Positions 42,803 through 50,272 of a DNA stretch of 50,478 nt are shown in pieces. The notes below the pieces were generated by a model. That model saw only the letters and a list, made by a program, of their open reading frames with translations. It was not told the DNA's origin and did not search any database. This stretch comes from an uncultured Acetobacteraceae bacterium. GTDB taxonomy: Bacteria > Pseudomonadota > Alphaproteobacteria > Acetobacterales > Acetobacteraceae. The stretch spans positions 1 through 50,478 of the forward strand of contig CAXUHK010000001.1 of NCBI GenBank assembly GCA_964250775.1, written 5' to 3'. Position 1 is the first letter of the stretch; the number at the start of each line of letters is the position of its first letter. A program made the position numbers and the translations under genes.

Positions 42803-43316
42803 AAAACTCATTCCTAACTCATCCCTAACTCGTTTCCAAATTGGGTTAGGATTGAGTTACGTAGTTAGATCAACGATTTAACCCCATAAAACCAACTCAA
42901 TTCTCATTCCTTACGCGAACTTAAAAGCTGGCCGAAGCCTTTTTCTTATATAAGTTTATGTAATAGATGTGCTTACCCGTCTCTTCCTCTATATATAAGG
43001 AAAAGCGGACCTGCGCGTATGTAATTTTCACGAGTATCGTGAAAATGGATTTTAGCACGAGCTTACTACGGTCGCACCGTATTTCACCCGGATGAGCATT
43101 GCTTACGACGAAACTGGGAAGGCTGTCAACTACGCATCACGTTGATCTGCGGGAGGGATCGCGAGGTTGAGTTTGAGTAGGTTTGAGATCGAGTGTGGGA
43201 ACTTGGCAAGGAATGAGAATTGAGTTTATTTTTGGGGTTAAACCTTTGACAAATATAAGAAACTCAGAAATACGTGGTTCAGGAATGAGTCTAGGAATGA
43301 GTTAGGAATGAGTTTT
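42803..43316. repeat. AT-rich non-coding locus with nested, concentric inverted iteron arrays (candidate origin or looped operator)
   Basis: The outer arms are 42803-42837 and 43281-43316, each with three AGGAATGAGTT-type units at 11-12 bp phasing. The inner arms are 42875-42912 and 43208-43244, with a perfect 18-nt core. A 10-bp palindrome lies at 43024-43046. Only 16-17 codon ORFs occur inside. Confidence 0.8.
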
Positions 43317-43344
43317 GCGGAGCCCGGAACCGCTACATAGGTTG

Positions 43345-43433
43345 ACAATTCTGTTGTTGCTTCCTTCGCATTTACGTGTCACAAACTTGCTCACGGCGGG
43401 GCGATCAAGCCAAGCCGATCGGAGTGACGGACG
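43345..43433 (+). promoter_or_regulatory. conserved promoter/leader cassette, copy U3
   Basis: TTGACAATT..TGTTGC lies 29 bp before ACGTGTCACAAA (43374-43385), followed by GGCGGGGCGAT and GCCAAGCC. Confidence 0.5.
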
Positions 43434-43745
43434 ATGAGCTACTTCACCGACGACTGCTTGGCTCGCGCTGTGGCCGAGATGGCTACGGTCGAGGCCGGCG
43501 CTCGCGCGGCTTTGACGCTGGCGGTTGCGCTGGCGGAGCAGCAGATGGCGGCTTTGCAGGCGGTAGACGGCTTGGACATGGAGGACGCGATTGCCTCGGT
43601 CGATAGCAACCTGTCCGATTTGCGCGACCATCTCGCCAACCTGTCTGAGCGGTGCGACGGCCGGGTGGAGTCGTTGGCTCAGGATTACGAGGATTTGAGC
43701 GGCGGCACTTATGCCGACTGGCATCGCGACCAGGCGTATGCGTGA
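43434..43745 (+). CDS. hypothetical protein (starts MSYF)
   Basis: The ATG lies 60 nt after the box. It is 103 aa, acidic and helical. Confidence 0.5.
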   Translation: MSYFTDDCLARAVAEMATVEAGARAALTLAVALAEQQMAALQAVDGLDMEDAIASVDSNLSDLRDHLANLSERCDGRVESLAQDYEDLSGGTYADWHRDQAYA

Positions 43746-43900
43746 TGTCGGGCAACATGCAGCCGGGGGAGCAAGCCCCCAAGGACACACCCACGGCGGT
43801 TCAGCCTGATTTGGTGGCGGTGGACGTTCCCGATGACGGCGAGGTCGTCTACGGCGATCTACAGCGCTTGGAAGCGTTCGGATGGGAGCGGGACCAATGA
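43745..43900 (+). CDS. 51-aa hypothetical protein
   Basis: It has a TGATG overlap upstream and an ATGA overlap downstream. Confidence 0.35.
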   Translation: MSGNMQPGEQAPKDTPTAVQPDLVAVDVPDDGEVVYGDLQRLEAFGWERDQ

Positions 43901-44121
43901 GGGTCGATTACGTTTGCGCCACCAGCAACTCGCGGTGGTTTACCGCTGGGCGAACCTACACCGCGTATGAGATGGCCGGGCAGGTGATGATGCTGAACGA
44001 CAACGGCACGCCCTGGCCGACGGCGGAGGTCGTGCTCGAAGGCCAAGCGACGTTCAACCCGGCTGGCCTCGCGCCGCGCCGTTGGAGCACGCGGCTGCGA
44101 CAACTGGCCGGGGTGCGCTGA
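43897..44121 (+). CDS. hypothetical protein, paralog of 39242..39505
   Basis: The translation is MRVDYVCATSNSRWFTAGRTYTAYEMAGQVMMLNDNGTPWPTAEVVLEGQATFNP... Confidence 0.5.
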   Translation: MRVDYVCATSNSRWFTAGRTYTAYEMAGQVMMLNDNGTPWPTAEVVLEGQATFNPAGLAPRRWSTRLRQLAGVR

Positions 44122-44131
44122 ACCAAAGTCA

Positions 44132-44216
44132 ACAATTTTTCTGTTGCGTCGGAAGATGCGACGTGTCACAAAAATGGGGCAGGGCGACTATGCCAGGCGA
44201 CAAAAGGTGCAAGCCA
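44132..44216 (+). promoter_or_regulatory. conserved promoter/leader cassette, copy U4
   Basis: ACAATTTTTCTGTTGC lies 29 bp before ACGTGTCACAAA (44161-44172), followed by GCAGGGCGACTA and GCCAGGC. Confidence 0.5.
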
Positions 44217-44372
44217 ATGACTGAGTTCAACATTAAGCCGGCTGACCTCGCGGCGTGCCGGCGCTATTACGCCCAGCGGCACCGCACGGCGGTGACTAAG
44301 GCCCTAGCGTTCTGGATGCGCGCTGCGGCGGACCGTGCCGACGTGGCGGATGAAATGGAAGTTTGCTCGTGA
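44217..44372 (+). CDS. 51-aa hypothetical protein (starts MTEF)
   Basis: The ATG lies 56 nt after the box. Confidence 0.4.
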   Translation: MTEFNIKPADLAACRRYYAQRHRTAVTKALAFWMRAAADRADVADEMEVCS

Positions 44373-44566
44373 CCACAACTCCCCGCCCAACTCCGGCCGA
44401 GCGCGCTCGCAAGTCGCGGGCGGCGCTGCGCAAGCGGACGATCGAGCTGCGCGGCGAGGCGTTTGACTTGCTGGCGCGGGTGATGGAGCGGGACGGCGAC
44501 GCGAGTCTGGTGGCGGCGGCGACGCGGGCGATCTTGCAGGCGTGGAAGGTGGGAGGTCGGGTGTGA
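44369..44566 (+). CDS. hypothetical basic protein
   Basis: It has a GTGA overlap with the upstream stop. It is 65 aa. Confidence 0.4.
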   Translation: MTTTPRPTPAERARKSRAALRKRTIELRGEAFDLLARVMERDGDASLVAAATRAILQAWKVGGRV

Positions 44567-44814
44567 GTTACCACAAGCCGGTGACGACGCTTGCTGAACT
44601 AGACACGCTGGACGAAGCGGAGATGCGCGCTGGTTATTGTTCGGCAGAGCGCGGAGACATTGAGCCAGGTGGCAACCATTCGCGGTCGTTCCATCACGGC
44701 TGGCGCACGCGGATGATGGATTTGCATGAAATACCGATACCGTTAGAGCATCGGAGACTCGTGCATGAATGGGCGCATCGGAATCAAAAAGCTCGCAAAC
44801 CATTATCCGCTTAA
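44563..44814 (+). CDS. small protein with an Rmf/CrpP-like motif, paralog of 45957..46175
   Basis: GYCSAERGDIEPGGNHSRSFHHGWRTRMMD compares with GYRDGFDLSSPEPSENRSHSYRHGFANGRDD. The GY..G...P...R/S..W/Y..GW pattern recalls RMF. The assignment is weak. Confidence 0.4.
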   Translation: MSYHKPVTTLAELDTLDEAEMRAGYCSAERGDIEPGGNHSRSFHHGWRTRMMDLHEIPIPLEHRRLVHEWAHRNQKARKPLSA

Positions 44815-44963
44815 ACGCCGCAGCAGTGCGCGAGCAACTGCGCCAGGCAATTCGGGCTGGCGGCGAAATTTGCGGTATTATGTAGCAAGCACACCAAGCG
44901 CCTGCTCCCGCCAACCCATTGATTAGATTACAATGATTGCCCTCCACAGACAAGGGCGATCCG

Positions 44964-45290
44964 ATGACCGACTACGTGCTTGCGGGCCTCACGAAGCGCC
45001 GCGCCGAGTTGGCCGGTGAGGCTGAAACCCTCCGCGCCAGGCTCGCGCAGATCGCGACCGACACGGGCCACCTTGACGCTGTGATCCAGCAGTTTGATCC
45101 CGACTACGACCTGGGCAGCATCCGGCCCAAGCGCCCGCGTATGCAGGACGCGGCAGGACGTAGAGGACCGCCGGCTCGTGAAGCTGACCATGAAGCGCGT
45201 GGGTATGGCGTTCAGTCGGCAGAAGGCGACAGGAACGGTGCGGGCGATCCAGGGGCCGGGCCGGTTACGCTTTGGGAGGTGGCGGGGTGA
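44964..45290 (+). pseudogene. hypothetical regulator-like protein, possibly carrying two compensating frameshifts
   Basis: The N-terminal helix (MTDYVLAGLTKRRAELAGEAETLRARLAQI...) and the C-terminal ...GPVTLWEVAG are in one frame. The more protein-like middle (RLVKLTMKRVGMAFSRQKATGTVRAIQGPG) is in the frame of ORF 45094..45363. Confidence 0.3.
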
Positions 45291-45391
45291 GCTGGGCGGC
45301 TTTTGGCCGATTGCCCTAGATCGTATAGACTGCAAATCAGACGCTATTCGGTCTAAGCGGTAACCAGCAAAAACTATTTTATAACAGTGGG

Positions 45392-45586
45392 TTAACTTAG
45401 AACATGAGCAAAGCGGTCACCGCCTATCAGGATGTATGCCGTTCTAACTGCCAAGCAGTCACCTTGGCACTGGTCTCCTGGACCGTCGCAATACTCGCCA
45501 TCACTCGCCTCGCACATATCGCGAGCACGTTCAGCGATGGCGGGCGGCACGGGAAGGCGTCCAGCGGTGGTTTTCTCACCTGACAT
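45392..45586 (-). CDS. Cys-rich small hypothetical protein
   Basis: The ATG at 45586 overlaps the upstream ORF by 11 nt. Confidence 0.35.
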   Translation of the reverse strand: MSGEKTTAGRLPVPPAIAERARDMCEASDGEYCDGPGDQCQGDCLAVRTAYILIGGDRFAHVLS

Positions 45587-45749
45587 TGACTGGCTCCTGC
45601 GACAGCAAGTCGACGATGGAATGCGCGGCGGTAGCCCACTGTGACAACCGGCCATCAACATAGGCTTTGGGCAACTCCTGGAGCAGACCGCGTAGCAATC
45701 TTTCGGCTCCCAGCATCATGTCAGGATTAATGGCGGTGGTTTTGGTCAT
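45576..45749 (-). CDS. 57-aa hypothetical protein
   Basis: My own translation is MTKTTAINPDMMLGAERLLRGLLQELPKAYVDGRLSQWATAAHSIVDLLSQEPVNVR. It has an ATGA overlap with the upstream stop. Confidence 0.35.
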   Translation of the reverse strand: MTKTTAINPDMMLGAERLLRGLLQELPKAYVDGRLSQWATAAHSIVDLLSQEPVNVR

Positions 45750-45967
45750 GGCTGCACCTGCTTCTCAATGTGATCGAGCATTCGTCGCATGTCGGAAATG
45801 AAACGCATGGCAGGTTCGCGTCCGATTGCTTCGCCCGGCGCGTCAATGAAAAACGACATCGAAGTGTCCGCCGACCACGTTGCGGCTTTCTGCGCGAGCC
45901 GGGCTGTGTAGCCGGCAAACTGCCCGTTGGTCAGCGGCTTTGCGGTGGTTTTAGGATCAGCGGGCAT
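45746..45967 (-). CDS. hypothetical protein
   Basis: It has an ATG start and is 73 aa. It lies in the minus-strand operon 46830->45392. Confidence 0.45.
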   Translation of the reverse strand: MPADPKTTAKPLTNGQFAGYTARLAQKAATWSADTSMSFFIDAPGEAIGREPAMRFISDMRRMLDHIEKQVQP

Positions 45968-46175
45968 CGTCGGCCTCCATCGCTAGATGCGCTATATTCA
46001 CCAATTCGGCGTAAGATGCCCGAGGCTTCCTGGCGCGGTCGTCTCGCCCGTTCGCAAAGCCATGCCGATAGCTGTGCGATCGGTTCTCGGACGGCTCGGG
46101 AGAGGACAGGTCAAACCCATCTCTGTAGCCCTGAACCATGTCCGCGTTGGCTGGACGGGTAGTTTCAGTTGGCAT
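45957..46175 (-). CDS. small protein with an Rmf/CrpP-like motif
   Basis: ATG at 46175. See 44563..44814 for the shared motif. Confidence 0.4.
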   Translation of the reverse strand: MPTETTRPANADMVQGYRDGFDLSSPEPSENRSHSYRHGFANGRDDRARKPRASYAELVNIAHLAMEADDAR

Positions 46176-46830
46176 TGTGCAGCTCCTTCTTGCGTGCGCG
46201 AGCCGCTGACCGGCCCGCCTCACGGTTGATTTCAGTCTGGTAAGCCCGCTGGCGGTCGGGCCGGCGCCCTAACTCGCGGCGCGCAATTTCGGGCGACATC
46301 GGCACGCCCTTGCGAGGTCCAGCCCGCATCAGAAGCGCCGATGTCGGATGCTCGCGGGATGACTTCGGCCAGTCGTCGGCAATCAGCGCGGCGCGGCGCT
46401 TGGTGTCGGCCAACGTCTCTGCTGCCAGTTCCTCTTTCGTCCGCCCCTTTCCGCCGCGCCTCACGACCCGCCCAAAGGCGGCAATTGCCTCGGCAATGAC
46501 GGCGGGCGGGGCGTCCGGGGCAATCGTCTGGCCCGTGTCGAGGGCGTGCAGCACAGCGCCCCGAGTGGATGCCTTGACGATGACGCCAGCGAAATCTTGC
46601 ACGGAGAAGGCGAGGCAACGGAACGTTGCCACGGTGATCCGCTCGGGAATCTGCCGGGACGTGGGGGCGAGCATGGCAGAGCGGTCCGTCATCCCGGAGG
46701 CGTTGCAGTTCTTGATCGCACGCGCAGGCAAGATGTCCTGATAGACCGGCGAGCGGTTGCCTAGGACGGCTTGCTGCCGCTCGATGGGCCAAGCCGCGCA
46801 GATGTTCGAGAGATAGGCTTTTTTTATCAT
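46165..46830 (-). CDS. degenerate serine-recombinase (resolvase-fold)-like protein
   Basis: MIKKAYLSNI...ERQQ...VYQD...ERITVATFRCLAFSVQDFAGVIVKASTRGAVLHALDTG loosely tracks the resolvase catalytic-domain pattern. It has a basic C-terminus. The assignment is by eye only. Confidence 0.35.
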   Translation of the reverse strand: MIKKAYLSNICAAWPIERQQAVLGNRSPVYQDILPARAIKNCNASGMTDRSAMLAPTSRQIPERITVATFRCLAFSVQDFAGVIVKASTRGAVLHALDTGQTIAPDAPPAVIAEAIAAFGRVVRRGGKGRTKEELAAETLADTKRRAALIADDWPKSSREHPTSALLMRAGPRKGVPMSPEIARRELGRRPDRQRAYQTEINREAGRSAARARKKELHNAN

Positions 46831-46873
46831 GGAGGCGTGTATAGCGAGATGTGCAAGTGCTTGCAACACGCGC

Positions 46874-46901
46874 TTGCAAGCGGCCTTGGATTGTGCATAA
46901 T
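46874..46901 (+). promoter_or_regulatory. sigma70-like promoter for 46929..47102
   Basis: TTGCAA (46874-79), a 16-bp spacer, then CATAAT (46896-901). TTGCAA palindromes are repeated just upstream. Confidence 0.45.
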
Positions 46902-46928
46902 GGCTGCACGAACACCGGAGACGCACAG

Positions 46929-47102
46929 ATGACAGACGTGGAGATCACCGAGCGTCTTGCCCACATCGAGCAGATGCAGGCTGACCGCGACCGCAAGCGC
47001 CAGGAAATCCGCTATGCGCCTTGGGCGCTCGTGCTGTCCGGCATGACATCTGGCGCGGCGCTATTCGCGGCCGGCGCGGCGTTCGTCAAGCTGTTCCCGT
47101 AA
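46929..47102 (+). CDS. small coiled-coil protein with a C-terminal TM anchor (IRYAP family)
   Basis: The translation is MTDVEITERLAHIEQMQADRDRKRQEIRYAPWALVLSGMTSGAALFAAGAAFVKLFP. Confidence 0.55.
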   Translation: MTDVEITERLAHIEQMQADRDRKRQEIRYAPWALVLSGMTSGAALFAAGAAFVKLFP

Positions 47103-47126
47103 ACTCCAGCCAGGAGCATCCAGAAA

Positions 47127-47363
47127 ATGCAGACCCTTGAACAGGCGTTGGCCGAGCGGCAGGCGATCCAGCACTATCAGGACACGGTGATGTCTTTCGC
47201 CGCCTACCTTCGCAGCAAGGGCCAGATCGCCCACGAGCGCGACGACAGCGTGTTGGAGCGCGTGGCGCATAAGGGCTGCAAGGGCGTGTATCGCGTCTGG
47301 ACGTTCGACGCTGACGGCGCCGCCGAGGCGCAGTCGCCGCTCGTTACCGGCCTGCCGCGCTAA
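47127..47363 (+). CDS. hypothetical protein
   Basis: It has an ATG start and is 78 aa. Confidence 0.45.
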   Translation: MQTLEQALAERQAIQHYQDTVMSFAAYLRSKGQIAHERDDSVLERVAHKGCKGVYRVWTFDADGAAEAQSPLVTGLPR

Positions 47364-47390
47364 GCGGCATCAAACCCCAAGAGGCCAGTC

Positions 47391-47681
47391 ATGGCAAAAA
47401 TCGTTTACAATGCTTGTTATGGCGGCTTTGGTCTTAGTGCCGAGGCCGAAAAGAGATACGCCGAGATCAAAGGCATTCCCAAGTGCCCGTATGACAGAGA
47501 CATCCCCCGCAACGACGCCGCTCTCGTTCAGGTAGTCGAGGAGATGGGGGATAGCGCCAGCGGTGACTGCGCCAAACTGCGCATCTACGAATTGCCGGAT
47601 GGCTTGCATTACCGGATCGACGAGTATGACGGAATAGAATCGGTCATGACCAGGAACGACTACGACTGGTCCGTAGCGTAA
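47391..47681 (+). CDS. hypothetical protein (YNACYGGFGLS N-terminal motif common in phage small proteins)
   Basis: It has an ATG start and is 96 aa. The RBS context aaaccccaagagg is repeated before the next ORF. Confidence 0.5.
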   Translation: MAKIVYNACYGGFGLSAEAEKRYAEIKGIPKCPYDRDIPRNDAALVQVVEEMGDSASGDCAKLRIYELPDGLHYRIDEYDGIESVMTRNDYDWSVA

Positions 47682-47710
47682 AGCCTAACAAACCCCAAAA
47701 GGAACCTGAC

Positions 47711-47857
47711 ATGCAACGAGCAGCATTAGCCGGCACTGTTTGTGGCGGAGGCGCAGTAGGCTTTTGGCTTACGGGGGCGCCTTTAGTTGTGGGGATTACC
47801 GGGCTCTTACTGCTGTCCGTCGGGTTGGTGACAACCTTAGCCGCAACACGCGGCTAA
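47711..47857 (+). CDS. 48-aa membrane micro-protein
   Basis: The translation is MQRAALAGTVCGGGAVGFWLTGAPLVVGITGLLLLSVGLVTTLAATRG. The upstream context is aaaccccaaaagg. Confidence 0.35.
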   Translation: MQRAALAGTVCGGGAVGFWLTGAPLVVGITGLLLLSVGLVTTLAATRG

Positions 47858-47888
47858 CCAGTCAACTTTAACCCCAATTAACGCTGCC

Positions 47889-47919
47889 AACGCCCCGGCC
47901 TCAAACCGGGGCGTTTTGC
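47889..47919. terminator. bidirectional intrinsic terminator between convergent genes
   Basis: It has a perfect 10-bp stem, aacgccccgg / ccggggcgtt, with a 7-nt loop and a following ttgct. Confidence 0.65.
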
Positions 47920-47926
47920 TGTCCGG

Positions 47927-50272
47927 TCAATCAACCCCTTCCGGCTTGTCATTGTAAATCTCGTAATACGTGATAGGCCGCTGCTTGCTCGGCGATTTTT
48001 CGTGGATTTTCACGACCTGATTGCTTTCAATTAGCATTTGCAGAGCGTCATCCCGCTCCGCCGGTTTCATCGTCTGCACCTTTTTCGACAGCTCCGAAAG
48101 CGTGACCCGTCCGCCGCTATCCGCGATGATGCCCAGCACCTTCTTGGTGCGCGCTTGGACCGGCGTGTCACTCGCCTTGCGCTCGGCCTCCACCAGCATC
48201 GTGTCGATGCAGTGCTGCACCAAGTCGCGCGCCCACTCGAAGTCTGCCATCTCGATCACCGGGCGAGCCGGGCAGCGCGACACCGCTGCGATAAGCGCGA
48301 CCTTAATCGTGTGCTCAAGCTGGCGGGCGAACACTGCCGTCGAATACTCGCCCTGGTGGCTGCGCAAAACGGCGGTGATCTCGCAGTCGAAAGCGCGGAT
48401 GGCGTTCGCTACGCCGATCCCGTAGGGCACGGGGTAGGCTTTCATCTCTGTGGTGGCGGAGAACAGCTCGGCCAGATCGCCGCCGTAGTCGTGCCTTTCC
48501 GCACCGCGCGCTATAGCCTGAAGCGTTGCCACCATGTCGAGAGGCGCGGCCACGTCATCGGGCATGGGGTTGGTGTCGGGATAGTGAACATCAGTTACGA
48601 ACACGAGAAACCGTGCCAAGCTGCCGTCCGACATAGCTCCGCCTTCGACCGCTTTCCAGAGCGGGCCGGGAACGGTGGTGCCCCAAATGCAAGCGTTCGG
48701 CTGGCGAATGTCCACGCGCGGGCGGCCTCCCGACGCCGACTGGTTGGCGTATTCAGCCCCGATCAGCGTCTCGCCCGCACTGGTAAACAGTTTCGTCATC
48801 ATGGTCAGCACGCCGGCCATCCGCTCCGAAACGTGCTCGCCGGTCATGGTCGCCAAAAACTTGCCGAACTCATCGATTTGGTAGACCCGAGCTGGGTGCA
48901 TTTCGAGCGAGGTCAGCAAGCCAGGCGCGGACGGCAATCCCTCGCCGCCAACCCATTTGTCGAGACCGGCCGCAAAAAGCAGCTCCTTGGCGCACCGCCG
49001 CGCGTTGTCTTTGCCGCCGCCGCTGTCTGCTACGCCGATCCCAAAAAAGTTGGTCCGCAGACCGGATGGGCTTTTGTAGCACCTTCCCGCCACCGCTCCC
49101 AACAAAGCGAGCGCCGCTCCCACTGCCAGAAACGGCTGCGGGCTTTTTGCGGTGCGATCGGCAAAGCGCACAAAGTCGCCAAGGAAGCCGGTTTGCGGGA
49201 TCAAGTGCGCCGGGACGTAGTAGCCGGGCATCGAACGCGGAGCGGCGTCAGGTTCAATCGTGGCGGCTTCGCGGGGCATGTTGGCGATGCGTTCAAGGAA
49301 CGCCGCCGCCGGGTGTGGTTCGCCTGCCATCTCGGCGTCAGTGCCGTTCAACACCAAATCACGCGCCGGCCGCCAGCCCTGTTGCTCGGCCAGCCAGTAG
49401 ATCGTCCCGGCCCCCATGCTGCGCGGGCGCAAGGTGGCCCACAGCTCGCGCGTGCGGGCCGGATCGTTCTTGGTTGACCATGCCGACCAATCCTCGAACA
49501 GAGAAAGGCCAGCATCGCCCAGCGCGCCCTTGAGGCCCATGCCGACGCGAAACCAGTCATCCCAATGCAAATCGGCGTTCGGGATATGGTTCAAGGCCGA
49601 CTGAATTGCCTCCATGGTGCCGCGCGGATCGGACGGGCCTCGCCATGCCGACTGCTCCAGGGAGGCTGTCAGGGACGCCTGGCGCTGGTCATCCGGTAGC
49701 ATCTCCCACGCGGCCTGTAAAAACGCCGCCACGCCCTCTTGTGTGACCATGGGCAGGCTGGTGATGTCTGTGTTGGCCGGGTGGCTGTCAGGCCAATCGT
49801 AGGGCCTCTGTGTAGTCGGGTGTATGGCAGCGGCCACAAACTGCTGCCCATGGCACAAGGCCTCGATCGGGTGACGCTTGACGCCAGGGAACGGCCGATC
49901 AGTGCGATAGACCAGCAGCGCTTTGGGTGCGAGGCCGATGCGAATGAGCGGCGTGTCGCCAAGCATCCGAAGTGCTAAGTTGCGCAGACGGATGGACAGT
50001 TCCGGGTCGAGCACGTCGATGTCGATGCCGCAGACGTTGCCGCACGCGATGCCGATGCCGGCTCCGATCCACTTCTTCCACTGCATCAGCTCAAACGGCT
50101 TGGCTTCCCGGTCACAGTAGCGTTGCCATTCCGGCAAGTCCTGCCATTCGTCGAATTGGCAACGCTGCGGCTTCTTGGTGCCAGGTCCGATTGGCAAGAT
50201 GTGATAGCCGGCCGATAGCATCGCGTCCGCGTGGCGCTCCATGAAGCCGACTGACACTGAGCTATTCTCCAT
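47927..50272 (-). CDS. replication protein: prim-pol N-terminal domain, PriCT-2-like region, DUF3987 helicase-like domain and a C-terminal wHTH-like tail
   Basis: Supporting segments are AGYHILPIGPGTKKP...GIGIACGNVCGIDIDV (prim-pol), DWFRVGMGLKGALGDAGLSLFEDWSAWS (PriCT-2) and FLGDFVRFADRTAKSPQPFLAVGAALALLGAVAG...GVADSGGGKD (DUF3987). The ATG at 50272 overlaps the upstream ORF. Confidence 0.8.
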   Translation of the reverse strand: MENSSVSVGFMERHADAMLSAGYHILPIGPGTKKPQRCQFDEWQDLPEWQRYCDREAKPFELMQWKKWIGAGIGIACGNVCGIDIDVLDPELSIRLRNLALRMLGDTPLIRIGLAPKALLVYRTDRPFPGVKRHPIEALCHGQQFVAAAIHPTTQRPYDWPDSHPANTDITSLPMVTQEGVAAFLQAAWEMLPDDQRQASLTASLEQSAWRGPSDPRGTMEAIQSALNHIPNADLHWDDWFRVGMGLKGALGDAGLSLFEDWSAWSTKNDPARTRELWATLRPRSMGAGTIYWLAEQQGWRPARDLVLNGTDAEMAGEPHPAAAFLERIANMPREAATIEPDAAPRSMPGYYVPAHLIPQTGFLGDFVRFADRTAKSPQPFLAVGAALALLGAVAGRCYKSPSGLRTNFFGIGVADSGGGKDNARRCAKELLFAAGLDKWVGGEGLPSAPGLLTSLEMHPARVYQIDEFGKFLATMTGEHVSERMAGVLTMMTKLFTSAGETLIGAEYANQSASGGRPRVDIRQPNACIWGTTVPGPLWKAVEGGAMSDGSLARFLVFVTDVHYPDTNPMPDDVAAPLDMVATLQAIARGAERHDYGGDLAELFSATTEMKAYPVPYGIGVANAIRAFDCEITAVLRSHQGEYSTAVFARQLEHTIKVALIAAVSRCPARPVIEMADFEWARDLVQHCIDTMLVEAERKASDTPVQARTKKVLGIIADSGGRVTLSELSKKVQTMKPAERDDALQMLIESNQVVKIHEKSPSKQRPITYYEIYNDKPEGVD

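Noticed and set aside
43045-43145. Micro-ORFs inside the AT-rich iteron locus (MDFSTSLLRSHRISPG and MSIAYDETGKAVNYASR)
   Set aside because: They are 16-17 codons long, have no convincing SD and no coupling to neighbours. The locus is better described by its DNA symmetry.
44267-45335. Minus-strand ORFs 44267..44953 and 44928..45335
   Set aside because: They are antisense to a run of translationally coupled plus-strand genes. They have no motifs and a biased composition.
48038-49477. 479-aa plus-strand ORF
   Set aside because: It is antisense to the prim-pol/DUF3987 gene, and its translation is Arg-rich and low in complexity.
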